64,000 nt of DNA from Rhodothermia bacterium (GTDB taxonomy: Bacteria; Bacteroidota; Rhodothermia; Rhodothermales; UBA2364), in the NCBI GenBank assembly GCA_017303715.1, contig JAFLBZ010000005.1, forward strand, positions 128,511-192,510. The letters are read 5' to 3'. Every line of letters begins with the position of its first letter. Positions within the stretch are counted from its first letter, which is position 1. A model generated the notes under the pieces. It ran no database searches. It saw nothing but the letters and a program-made list of their open reading frames with translations, and had not been told where the DNA came from. Of the stretch, positions 1-8,082 are shown piece after piece. The position numbers were made by a program, and so were the translations under genes.

Positions 1-2
1 GA

Positions 3-1526
3 ACGCCAGAATTTTGGACTTTTGCGTATGATATGAGTGGCCTTTCTTCGGTAAAGTTATATTATAGAACCGACAAAGACGGAACAAACAGCCTTACAAC
101 AACAGACAATGAAACGTATGCAGGCGGTGGAGATGTAGAGGCATGGCAGAGTATGGAAATGAATATGGTTGCGATGCCTGTTGCAAAAACCAATCCAGCG
201 CCTTTGCTCCGTGCAGAAAGGTATGGGGCTACCCTATCGGGTCTAAAGGATGTCTTGATTGATTATTATGTTGAAGCCACCGACTCCAAAGGGAATATCC
301 GTAAAACCGATATTCAACATGTGTGGATTGGATCTGGTAATACTGGAGGAAACCCCGGAACAAGCACCATTAGCTGGAGTCCGCAAAATCCAACAAAAGA
401 CGATGTGATTACCATCACGATTACAGGAGCAACGCAAGGCGCAAAACTGCACTGGGGTGTAAATACTGTAGGCTCAGCATGGCAAACCCCAAATGCCGCT
501 TATCGTCCAGCAGGTACGGTTCTTTTTGGAGCTGGGCCAGCCGTTCAAACACCCTTTAACGGGCCAGATGCCGAGAATAAACTCACCCTTTCTATTGGCC
601 CCTTTAACAATACGGCACAAGTTGTTGAAAATATTTCGTTTGTACTAAACTACAATGACAATACTTGGAACAATAACGGAGGTCAGGATTTCAAATTTAA
701 CATTTCCGGCAATTCTGGAACCAATCCTCCGACCATTACCTACACGATGGACGGAACCAAAGACGCTCCGGCAACACAATTAGCCGCTAATGGCGGTTTA
801 GACCTTCATGCACACTGGAACGGAACGTCACTCTATGTAGCTTCCACCAAAGCCTCGACGGCGGGCGGTGATGTATTTATTTTTGTTTCGGATGCTCCGG
901 GTTCTCTCAAGGCAAGTCCGTGGGGTAAAGCCGGACAAGTAGCCACTTGGTCGCGGTTCTTGGCAAATGAGCAGGACAACAACTGGGCGGGCTGGTTTGA
1001 TGCAGCAGGCAACACCAAAACAGCAACATCCCTCAAACAATCTTCTGGAACCATTCTTGAAGGCACTATAGACTTGGCAACAGAACTGGGTACAGTTCCC
1101 ACCAAAATTTACTTGGCAGTTGGAAAATTTGGGAACGGCAATGGCGGGACACTTTCCGCACAAGCACCTACTGGGAATGGTGATGGAAATTTGGATGTAA
1201 ACGAGTGGGTGGAATTTGCCCTTTCTACGGCAACCAACACCCTAAATGAGGCGGCACTCCCAACCGCATTTTTCTTAGAATCCAATTACCCAAATCCCTT
1301 TAACCCAACCACCACCATCAGCTACAACCTGCAAAAAGCGGGCGATGTTACACTGACATTGTATGACGTCACGGGTCGCATTGTACGGAGTCTGACGAAA
1401 GGGTTCCAAACAGCTGGACGATACCAAGCCCGCTTGGATGCTACCGACTTGACCAGCGGTGTCTATTTTGTGCGTTTGACGATGGAAGGCATCTCACAAA
1501 CCCGTCGGATTGTTTTGGCAAAATAA
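3..1526 (+). CDS. Secreted protein, 5'-truncated by the window edge, with a T9SS (Por) C-terminal sorting domain; the middle region looks carbohydrate-binding
   Basis: The frame stays open from nt 3 up to the listed ATG at 33 (TPEFWTFAYD-MSG), so the gene starts upstream of the window. The C-terminus NYPNPFNPTTTISYNL..LTLYDVTGRIVRSL..GVYFVRL..RRIVLAK is the classic T9SS CTD signature. Confidence 0.75.
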   Translation, partial: TPEFWTFAYDMSGLSSVKLYYRTDKDGTNSLTTTDNETYAGGGDVEAWQSMEMNMVAMPVAKTNPAPLLRAERYGATLSGLKDVLIDYYVEATDSKGNIRKTDIQHVWIGSGNTGGNPGTSTISWSPQNPTKDDVITITITGATQGAKLHWGVNTVGSAWQTPNAAYRPAGTVLFGAGPAVQTPFNGPDAENKLTLSIGPFNNTAQVVENISFVLNYNDNTWNNNGGQDFKFNISGNSGTNPPTITYTMDGTKDAPATQLAANGGLDLHAHWNGTSLYVASTKASTAGGDVFIFVSDAPGSLKASPWGKAGQVATWSRFLANEQDNNWAGWFDAAGNTKTATSLKQSSGTILEGTIDLATELGTVPTKIYLAVGKFGNGNGGTLSAQAPTGNGDGNLDVNEWVEFALSTATNTLNEAALPTAFFLESNYPNPFNPTTTISYNLQKAGDVTLTLYDVTGRIVRSLTKGFQTAGRYQARLDATDLTSGVYFVRLTMEGISQTRRIVLAK

Positions 1527-1547
1527 TGAAAACAATTTCCAACAAAA

Positions 1548-1577
1548 TAGCCCTTGTTCTGCGTTGAGCAAGGGCTA
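1548..1577. terminator. Hairpin between convergent genes (probable bidirectional terminator)
   Basis: tagcccttg-N12-caagggcta forms a 9-bp perfect stem between the stop at 1526 (+) and the stop at 1600 (-). Confidence 0.5.
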
Positions 1578-1599
1578 AATGTTTTGATGCTTAGACACG

Positions 1600-2718
1600 C
1601 TAAACTTCAATTCGTTCACGGTCTTTAAAGCGTTCAATGGCCAATTCGATTAATCGTGTGATCAAAGCGGAATAGGGAATACCTGTCGCCTCCCACATCT
1701 TGGGGTACATCGAGATCGAAGTAAAGCCCGGCATGGTATTGACCTCATTGATAAACATTTCTCCGGTTTCGCGGTTCATCAAAAAGTCCACTCGCGACAA
1801 GCCAGAACCATCAATGGCGCGATACGTTCGTATGGCTAAGTCGCGGATAAGCGCGGTTTCCTCGTCCGACAATGGAGATGGGATCAGCAGTTTACTGTCG
1901 TTATCTGCACTTCCGAGATACTTTGCTGAATAGTCATAGAACTCGTGATTGGGCACAATTTCGCCCGGAACCGATGCTAAGGGATTATCATTACCGAGTA
2001 CACTTACTTCGATCTCGCGTACATTGGGAACAGCAGCCTCAACAAGTACTTTGCGATCAAACCGAACGGCCTCCGAGATTCCTTTTCGAAGTTCCTCACG
2101 GTTTCGGCACTTGGAAATACCCACACTTGACCCCATATTGGGTGGCTTGGTAAAAACTGGGTAACCCAATGCCCCTTCCACCGCATCTAGAACTTGCTCT
2201 GGCTCGGCTTCCCACCGAGATCGTAAACAATGCCAGTAGGGCGCGACCGGAATCTCATTCGCTTTCATCACATCTTTAAACACGATTTTATCCATTCCCA
2301 CCGCCGAGGCCAAAACACCCGCCCCGACATAAGGCAGATGCGCCAATTCCAGCATACCCTGAATAGTCCCATCTTCCCCGAAAGGCCCATGTAACGCCGG
2401 AAACAGGACGTCTAAAGTGGACAATTCTTCTTTGGTTGGGAGCATCGTGGCGGAATCTGCCACTTGTTTAGGGGCATCCGGGCGTGCATGAGCGGCCCAA
2501 AAATCGGATGGCAACATTTTAGGATCGGCAAGCGCCATTAAAATGGCCAACGCATCTCGGTGGAATATCCATTTTCCCGTTTTTGTGATCCCTATCGGAA
2601 CCACTTCAAAACGTTCTTTATCTATTGCTTTAATCACAGATTGTGCAGAACGCAGGCTTACTTCATGCTCGGATGAGCGGCCACCCATCACCACGCCTAC
2701 GCGAATTTTTCCAGACAT
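1600..2718 (-). CDS. ddl: D-alanine--D-alanine ligase
   Basis: The N-terminus KIRVGVVMGGRSSEHEVSLRSA and the ATP-grasp motifs GYPVFTKPPNMGSSVGISK and INEVNTMPGFT fit Ddl, as does the 372-aa length. Confidence 0.9.
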   Translation of the reverse strand: MSGKIRVGVVMGGRSSEHEVSLRSAQSVIKAIDKERFEVVPIGITKTGKWIFHRDALAILMALADPKMLPSDFWAAHARPDAPKQVADSATMLPTKEELSTLDVLFPALHGPFGEDGTIQGMLELAHLPYVGAGVLASAVGMDKIVFKDVMKANEIPVAPYWHCLRSRWEAEPEQVLDAVEGALGYPVFTKPPNMGSSVGISKCRNREELRKGISEAVRFDRKVLVEAAVPNVREIEVSVLGNDNPLASVPGEIVPNHEFYDYSAKYLGSADNDSKLLIPSPLSDEETALIRDLAIRTYRAIDGSGLSRVDFLMNRETGEMFINEVNTMPGFTSISMYPKMWEATGIPYSALITRLIELAIERFKDRERIEV

Positions 2719-2864
2719 ATAACTCCGTTTTTACCCAAAGGGTTTTCTTTTATGAATATGAAAAGAAACTATTTTACATATGGCGAGATTGCCAATTCAA
2801 AGTAAGCCATCCGGTCACAAAAAGCCATGCCTTATCAAAATTTATGTACACATTTTTCTATGAG

Positions 2865-4091
2865 TTATAACGGAAGGACTTTTTCCCCTTGCACTTGAGA
2901 CCGATCTTCTATCCATTCGTAGTAGCTACGCAGACCAATCAGCAATATCAATGGCAAAAAAGCCATATTCAAAGACTGAGGTATTGCGGGCAAAAGCAGT
3001 AAAAAAAGAATTAAGATCAATACATTTATTTGCATATAGCGCATCTTGATTTGTTTCCAACGTCCAAACAGTGCCATGCTTGCAACCATTAGATGGGAAG
3101 GCAATAACCAAACGATATTCCAATTTTCAGGTGTAACCTTATGGTCGGTAAAAAACCACAAGCCCATAATTACCCAGCCAATGAAGCCATAAATCCCAAA
3201 CAGAACTAGGTCAAACCAAGATAGAAATCGTTTAAGCGCAGGCATTCTTGAAGCGCGTAAAGAAGCAAAAAGGAGTACCAAAAAGAGTGTCCAAGCAAGC
3301 CAAGTAGGCCAATCTGGAGATGCCGGACGGTTTGGGGACTCAAGCAATACTTTTTCAGCGCCAACAAAAGGTACAGAAGAGCCATTTTGAACGATTTTTG
3401 CATTTCCAAGTGCCTGTCGAAGGTATTCAGGCAGAAACATCACTTCTCGTTTAGTGGCCACCCGATCCGTTTTTTCGCCTAATATCAGGTCAATTCCAAA
3501 CTTTGCCCACCGTTTGTCTCTAAGGCTTTCATCCAATAAAACACGGAAAGGTTTTTGCGGATTTGGCATATTTCCCCAAATAAGGTCCTTGCCAAACGCT
3601 TTTTCAAAGACATCTCGCGGCTTAGTGGCACAATTGTCAAAGAAAAAATCATACCGGTAATAACGGTTTTCTGGACGAAAATTTTCCTTAACAAGGTCGA
3701 ATAGCCTTTCTTTTTGTGCCAGTGTTAAGTTAAGTACTTGTTCTTTAACCCCACGTTTTTCAAGATCGCGGTACGTCCTCATGAAATCCTCGAAAGACTC
3801 GACGGCCAGCATATAGTCCAACTGCCCTCGCATAAACTTCATGTAAAAGCCGGGCGTATTAAAATCAAACGTTCCGTAATTAAAAACCACATCCAATCCC
3901 TGTGCCCCATCTCGAAAACGCAAACCGGTATGACCAAAGGCACTGTACAAGGCATCCCCTTCAGAAACCGTTAACAACGTCACTTCAGCTTTATCGGAAA
4001 GCGCTACCAGTTGCGCTCGTACTGGAAGCATAGTACCCAAAATCAAAAAAACCACGATAAATACATGGGAAAAGAAACGAACAAACAACAT
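2865..4091 (-). CDS. DUF4105 (Lnb N-terminal periplasmic domain)-like membrane protein
   Basis: There is an N-terminal signal/TM segment. The motif LLTVSEGDALYSAFGHTGLRF is typical of DUF4105. The C-terminal half has several hydrophobic helices. Confidence 0.6.
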   Translation of the reverse strand: MLFVRFFSHVFIVVFLILGTMLPVRAQLVALSDKAEVTLLTVSEGDALYSAFGHTGLRFRDGAQGLDVVFNYGTFDFNTPGFYMKFMRGQLDYMLAVESFEDFMRTYRDLEKRGVKEQVLNLTLAQKERLFDLVKENFRPENRYYRYDFFFDNCATKPRDVFEKAFGKDLIWGNMPNPQKPFRVLLDESLRDKRWAKFGIDLILGEKTDRVATKREVMFLPEYLRQALGNAKIVQNGSSVPFVGAEKVLLESPNRPASPDWPTWLAWTLFLVLLFASLRASRMPALKRFLSWFDLVLFGIYGFIGWVIMGLWFFTDHKVTPENWNIVWLLPSHLMVASMALFGRWKQIKMRYMQINVLILILFLLLLPAIPQSLNMAFLPLILLIGLRSYYEWIEDRSQVQGEKVLPL

Positions 4092-4110
4092 TAAACACGT
4101 ATTTTAGGTA

Positions 4111-4986
4111 TTGAAAAAAGCCAATCCATTCACGGTAAACCATCCTGCTTTGGAAAAAACCATCTTGGCGCAAAAAACGTTTGAAGCCCTAAGAAGTGTC
4201 ATCCAAGAACCCGTTACGGAACTACAATATACAAATCCGTTCGAGCTATTGGTTGCCGTTTTACTCTCTGCACAATGCACCGATGCACGGGTTAACTTGG
4301 TTACGCCAGCCCTCTTTTCGGCTTACCCAACACCAAAAGCACTTTCTAAGGCATCCAGCGATGAGGTTTTGCCCTATATCCAATCAGTTACGTTCCCGAA
4401 CAATAAAGCCGCTCATTTAGCAAAACTAGGACGTGTTTTGGTTGAAAAACATGGCGGTGCGGTTCCCGTCTCGGTAGAAGAGATCGAAAAATTACCCGGA
4501 TGTGGGCACAAAACGGCAGAAGTTGTGGCCTCTGTCGCCTTTGGTATCCCTGCATTTCCAGTGGATACGCATGTTTTTCGGGTCTCAAACCGTATTGGGT
4601 TGGCTTCTGGCAAAAATGTAAAAGAAGTTGAGGCACAACTTAAAGCCCTTTTCCCAAAATCTGAATGGAGCGAAGGTCATCACCTACTCATTTTGCACGG
4701 CCGCTACACGTGCAAAGCCCAAAATCCGATTTGCAATACCTGTGTACTGCAAATGTGGTGTGCTTTCAAGCAGAAATTAGACCAACTCCCACCTCCAATA
4801 ACCGGATTAAAACCCAAGTCTGGTGCGTATTTCTGCACGGGATGTCAACAATACAACAATCATGTTATACCTATAACAGATTCAGATGGCGTTGAACAAG
4901 TTTCTTGCCCTGCTTGCCGTTCCACCCAGTTACATATTTCTAAATCAGGTAAAACCACCTTAAAAGTGAAGGACTACCGCGTTTAA
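4111..4986 (+). CDS. nth: Endonuclease III (DNA-(apurinic or apyrimidinic site) lyase) with a C-terminal zinc-ribbon-like extension
   Basis: The HhH-GPD core contains PFELLVAVLLSAQCTD and LPGCGHKTAEVV. The 4Fe-4S motif is C-x6-C-x2-C-x5-C (CKAQNPICNTCVLQMWC). About 70 extra residues carry CTGC..CPAC. Confidence 0.88.
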   Translation: MKKANPFTVNHPALEKTILAQKTFEALRSVIQEPVTELQYTNPFELLVAVLLSAQCTDARVNLVTPALFSAYPTPKALSKASSDEVLPYIQSVTFPNNKAAHLAKLGRVLVEKHGGAVPVSVEEIEKLPGCGHKTAEVVASVAFGIPAFPVDTHVFRVSNRIGLASGKNVKEVEAQLKALFPKSEWSEGHHLLILHGRYTCKAQNPICNTCVLQMWCAFKQKLDQLPPPITGLKPKSGAYFCTGCQQYNNHVIPITDSDGVEQVSCPACRSTQLHISKSGKTTLKVKDYRV

Positions 4987-5025
4987 ATTTTACATAAAGC
5001 ATTTATTTACAAATACATATACACC

Positions 5026-6549
5026 ATGAATAAGCACATACTTATTATTTTGGATGGATACGGAAAAGCCGTTGATCCGTCCGTTAGTGCGATAGATGCC
5101 GCGAACAAACCATTTTTAGACCACCTTTTTGCCACTTATCCCCACAGCACCTTAGAAGCGAGCGGTCTTGCAGTTGGTTTGCCAGAGGGCCAAATGGGCA
5201 ACTCAGAGGTTGGCCACATGAATTTGGGCGCCGGACGGGTGGTATATCAAGACATTACCCGCATTGATAAAGAAATAAGCGAAGGCGCTTTTTTTGAAAA
5301 CACGGTTCTGAAAGCCGCCATGCACCACGCGAAGACGAAGAGAACGAACCTCCATTTGATGGGCTTGTTTTCGGATGGCGGTGTCCATGCCTCCGATAAC
5401 CACTTGGTGGCTCTTTTAGAAATGGCCAAACGCGAAGGACTTGCGCAAGATCAGGTGAATGTGCATTGCTTTACGGATGGACGAGATACCGATCCTCATG
5501 GAAGTCTTGGGTATATGAACGATTTTTTGCAAACTGCTGCTAAAATTGGTGTCGGAAAAGTACGCTCTATCATCGGACGTTATTATGCGATGGACCGCGA
5601 CAACCGCTGGGAACGCACCTCACTCGCATATGACTTATTGGTGCATGGTGCTGGAAAAAAAATGGAGGATCCAATACAAGCCTTAAAAGAGAGTCATGTG
5701 GCTGGCATTACGGATGAATTTATGAAACCAGTCCTGATAACCGACGAGAATAACCGAAGTCCGCGTATTGCTCCAGGTGATGCAGTGATTTGCTTTAATT
5801 TCCGCTCTGATAGGATGCGTCAGATTTCTAGGCCGTTCCTCTTTGAGGACTTTTCGGGCTTCGTGGCCGACTATTTGGAAGACCTCTATTACTGCACGTT
5901 CACCTCTTACGACCAAACTTTTAAGGTTCCAGTCGCTTTTCCAAAAGTAGATATTGTTGCTCCATTGGGCGAGGTGATCTCCAAAGCGGGTTTCTCGCAG
6001 TTACGTGCCGCAGAAACAGAAAAATACCCCCATGTTACCTTCTTTTTTAATGGGGGACGAGAAACACCTTTCGAGGGTGAAAATCGTATTCTTGCTCCTT
6101 CTCCGAAAGTGGCCACCTACGACCTTAAACCGGAAATGAGTGCACCAGAACTGGCAAAGTCCGTCGCAAAAGCACTTCAAGAAAACGAATATGCCTTGGT
6201 AGTCCTTAATTTTGCGAACCCAGACATGGTAGGACACACCGGCGTTTTTGAAGCAGCCGTAAAAGCGATTGAAACGGTGGATGAATGTACCAAATTGGTG
6301 GTAGAAACGGCTTTACAGCACGGATACTCGGTAGAAATCATTGCGGATCATGGCAATGCCGATAAAATGCGGAATGAAGATGGTTCACCAAATACGGCCC
6401 ATACCACCGCTTTGGTGCCACACCTCATTATTAAAGAAGGATTCAGTGGCCCGATTCAGCAGGGGAAATTGGGGGACATTGCTCCTACCATTCTGCATAT
6501 ATTAGGCATACCAATCCCAGAAGTTATGAATGGTGTTATTCTGATTTAA
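5026..6549 (+). CDS. gpmI: 2,3-bisphosphoglycerate-independent phosphoglycerate mutase
   Basis: ILIILDGYG, NSEVGHMNLGAGR, NFANPDMVGHTG and ADHGNAD motifs are present, and the 507-aa length fits. Confidence 0.92.
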   Translation: MNKHILIILDGYGKAVDPSVSAIDAANKPFLDHLFATYPHSTLEASGLAVGLPEGQMGNSEVGHMNLGAGRVVYQDITRIDKEISEGAFFENTVLKAAMHHAKTKRTNLHLMGLFSDGGVHASDNHLVALLEMAKREGLAQDQVNVHCFTDGRDTDPHGSLGYMNDFLQTAAKIGVGKVRSIIGRYYAMDRDNRWERTSLAYDLLVHGAGKKMEDPIQALKESHVAGITDEFMKPVLITDENNRSPRIAPGDAVICFNFRSDRMRQISRPFLFEDFSGFVADYLEDLYYCTFTSYDQTFKVPVAFPKVDIVAPLGEVISKAGFSQLRAAETEKYPHVTFFFNGGRETPFEGENRILAPSPKVATYDLKPEMSAPELAKSVAKALQENEYALVVLNFANPDMVGHTGVFEAAVKAIETVDECTKLVVETALQHGYSVEIIADHGNADKMRNEDGSPNTAHTTALVPHLIIKEGFSGPIQQGKLGDIAPTILHILGIPIPEVMNGVILI

Positions 6550-6676
6550 TAACCACCATCGCTTTAACAAATGGCTATTTTTTCTGGAGGTATTTCATTT
6601 CCCAATCATATTGAATATCTTCCGGTGTTTTACCATAATGACCATAAATAAACAAATCAAAAACAGGAGAAATACA

Positions 6677-6994
6677 ATGAGCTTATTTGACAACTTAAAA
6701 AACATGGCTGAAAGTGCCCTTGAAAAAGGCAAAGAACTTGCTGGCGATGCCATGGAATTGGCACAAGAAGGTATTGAAAAAGCCAAAGACGTCGCTGGGG
6801 ATGTGGTAGAAACCGTCCAAGACGTAGCTGGGGATGCCCTCGAAAAAGGCAAAGAACTTGCTGGCGATGCCATGGAGATGGCACAAGACGGGTTCGAAAA
6901 AGCCAAAGACGTCGCTGGGGATGTAGTAGAAACCGTCCAAGACAAAATTTCCGATTTGACGGGCGGTGGAAATGATGCCGCACCAAAAGCGTAA
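6677..6994 (+). CDS. Small acidic repeat protein (105 aa) built from a duplicated 40-aa unit
   Basis: An internal ATG at 6677 is preceded by aggaga (6665-6670). The product MSLFDNLKNMAESALEKGKELAGDAMELAQEGIEKAKDVAGDVVETVQD is repeated once. The 66 nt upstream in the ORF call look non-coding. Confidence 0.6.
   Translation: MSLFDNLKNMAESALEKGKELAGDAMELAQEGIEKAKDVAGDVVETVQDVAGDALEKGKELAGDAMEMAQDGFEKAKDVAGDVVETVQDKISDLTGGGNDAAPKA
6716..6943. repeat. Tandem direct repeat, 2 x 120 nt, inside the small CDS
   Basis: gccct(t/c)gaaaaaggcaaagaacttgctggcgatgccatgga... begins at 6716 and again at 6836, with only a few substitutions. Confidence 0.9.
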
Positions 6995-7034
6995 GTTTTT
7001 CTAAAGGTTTTTTGCCAAAAGCACACAAGTAAAA

Positions 7035-7067
7035 AGGGGACGCTCAAGTCAAGAGCACCCCTTTTTT
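7035..7067. terminator. Rho-independent-type hairpin flanked by an A-run and a T-run (bidirectional)
   Basis: aaaaGGGGacGCTCaagtcaaGAGCaCCCCttttttt lies between convergent genes ending at 6994 (+) and 7083 (-). Confidence 0.6.
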
Positions 7068-7082
7068 TAATGGAAACACTGG

Positions 7083-7754
7083 TTATCGAGCCAAGCCTTT
7101 GTCCTTCCAAGCGGCCAACGTCCCAAGTGGGATTTTATCTAATGCCTGATAGAGTATGGCAAGCGGGACATTATCCCCTACAACTTTAACAATAAAACGC
7201 TCCGCAACCACAACATCCACTTCGCCAGTTTGTGTGTCCGAGCGGTATTTTTCGCGACCCGGATAACCCTTAATCGTTTTTGTACGCTCGGAAGTTGTTT
7301 CATTCTCACGGTCAATCTGGGCGTACAACCAACCAGCATGAATGGCTTTAACGCTTCTTAGCCCTCCAGAATCGTACAGGTGCATGTTGATTTCTCCTTT
7401 TTGTCCTTCATAAACTGCATGTGCCTTGGATAAACCATATCCTAAAATGGCCGTTCGCTCGCCACCGGCGTCTTTTTTGTTATACCCCCCCAAACGCGCA
7501 GGGAACAATTCCTTCAACTCCCTAAAATCAACAGGTTCTGGCCGCTTGATCACTTCTTTTAAGTCTTTTTCTGCCTGTTTAACTTCAGGAGCCACCTCTT
7601 CACCAATTCGTTTCGCTTCCTCCGCCAAACGTTTTGCATCCTCCTTAGCTTGTTGGGTTTCCTGCAACACTTGACGCGCTTCTTGGCGTTCAGCCTCAGT
7701 ACATCCGGTAACGATCAATAAGAAAACACCCAGAATTAAAATCGTTTTTTTCAT
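7083..7754 (-). CDS. Lipoprotein, unknown function (family A; paralogue of 36545..37201)
   Basis: The signal peptide has a lipobox (LLIVTGC). The C-terminal half aligns by eye with 36545..37201: GEVDVVVAERFIVKVVG...LAAWKDKG versus GEVSSLVAGRFVVSVDG...LTNWKDRG. Confidence 0.65.
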   Translation of the reverse strand: MKKTILILGVFLLIVTGCTEAERQEARQVLQETQQAKEDAKRLAEEAKRIGEEVAPEVKQAEKDLKEVIKRPEPVDFRELKELFPARLGGYNKKDAGGERTAILGYGLSKAHAVYEGQKGEINMHLYDSGGLRSVKAIHAGWLYAQIDRENETTSERTKTIKGYPGREKYRSDTQTGEVDVVVAERFIVKVVGDNVPLAILYQALDKIPLGTLAAWKDKGLAR

Positions 7755-8082
7755 ATCTCTTCTTCATTAGTTTAGTGATAAAACATCCATACGTCCTTCC
7801 CCTTGTCTGGTTTCGGATATCAAACAGATCGCACCAAGATTTTTATCGTGGCTTCTGAATAAAGGTCATATAGGGCTAAAAAGAAGATTTTTTGCGCGAT
7901 GTCTGGTAGCAATGTTGCAGTTAACTGGAGGATTGTCTGGATTTTGTCTTGCTCTAAAGCCACATTCGCACCTAATGAACATGCGGTAATTACGAAAGCG
8001 CTTTTTAAATTAAAGGGAGTCATTTAATGGTTACCGGTCAAACTGGTTACACCAAATCTTTAACTTCAAATACGCAAAAGTG

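Noticed and set aside
6595-7110. Long antisense ORFs (171, 123 and 81 aa) covering the small repeat gene
   Set aside because: They are low-complexity mirror products of the 120-nt tandem repeat. The plus-strand ORF has an RBS, a sensible start and a terminator, whereas the antisense ORFs run through the terminator hairpin and into the neighbouring gene.
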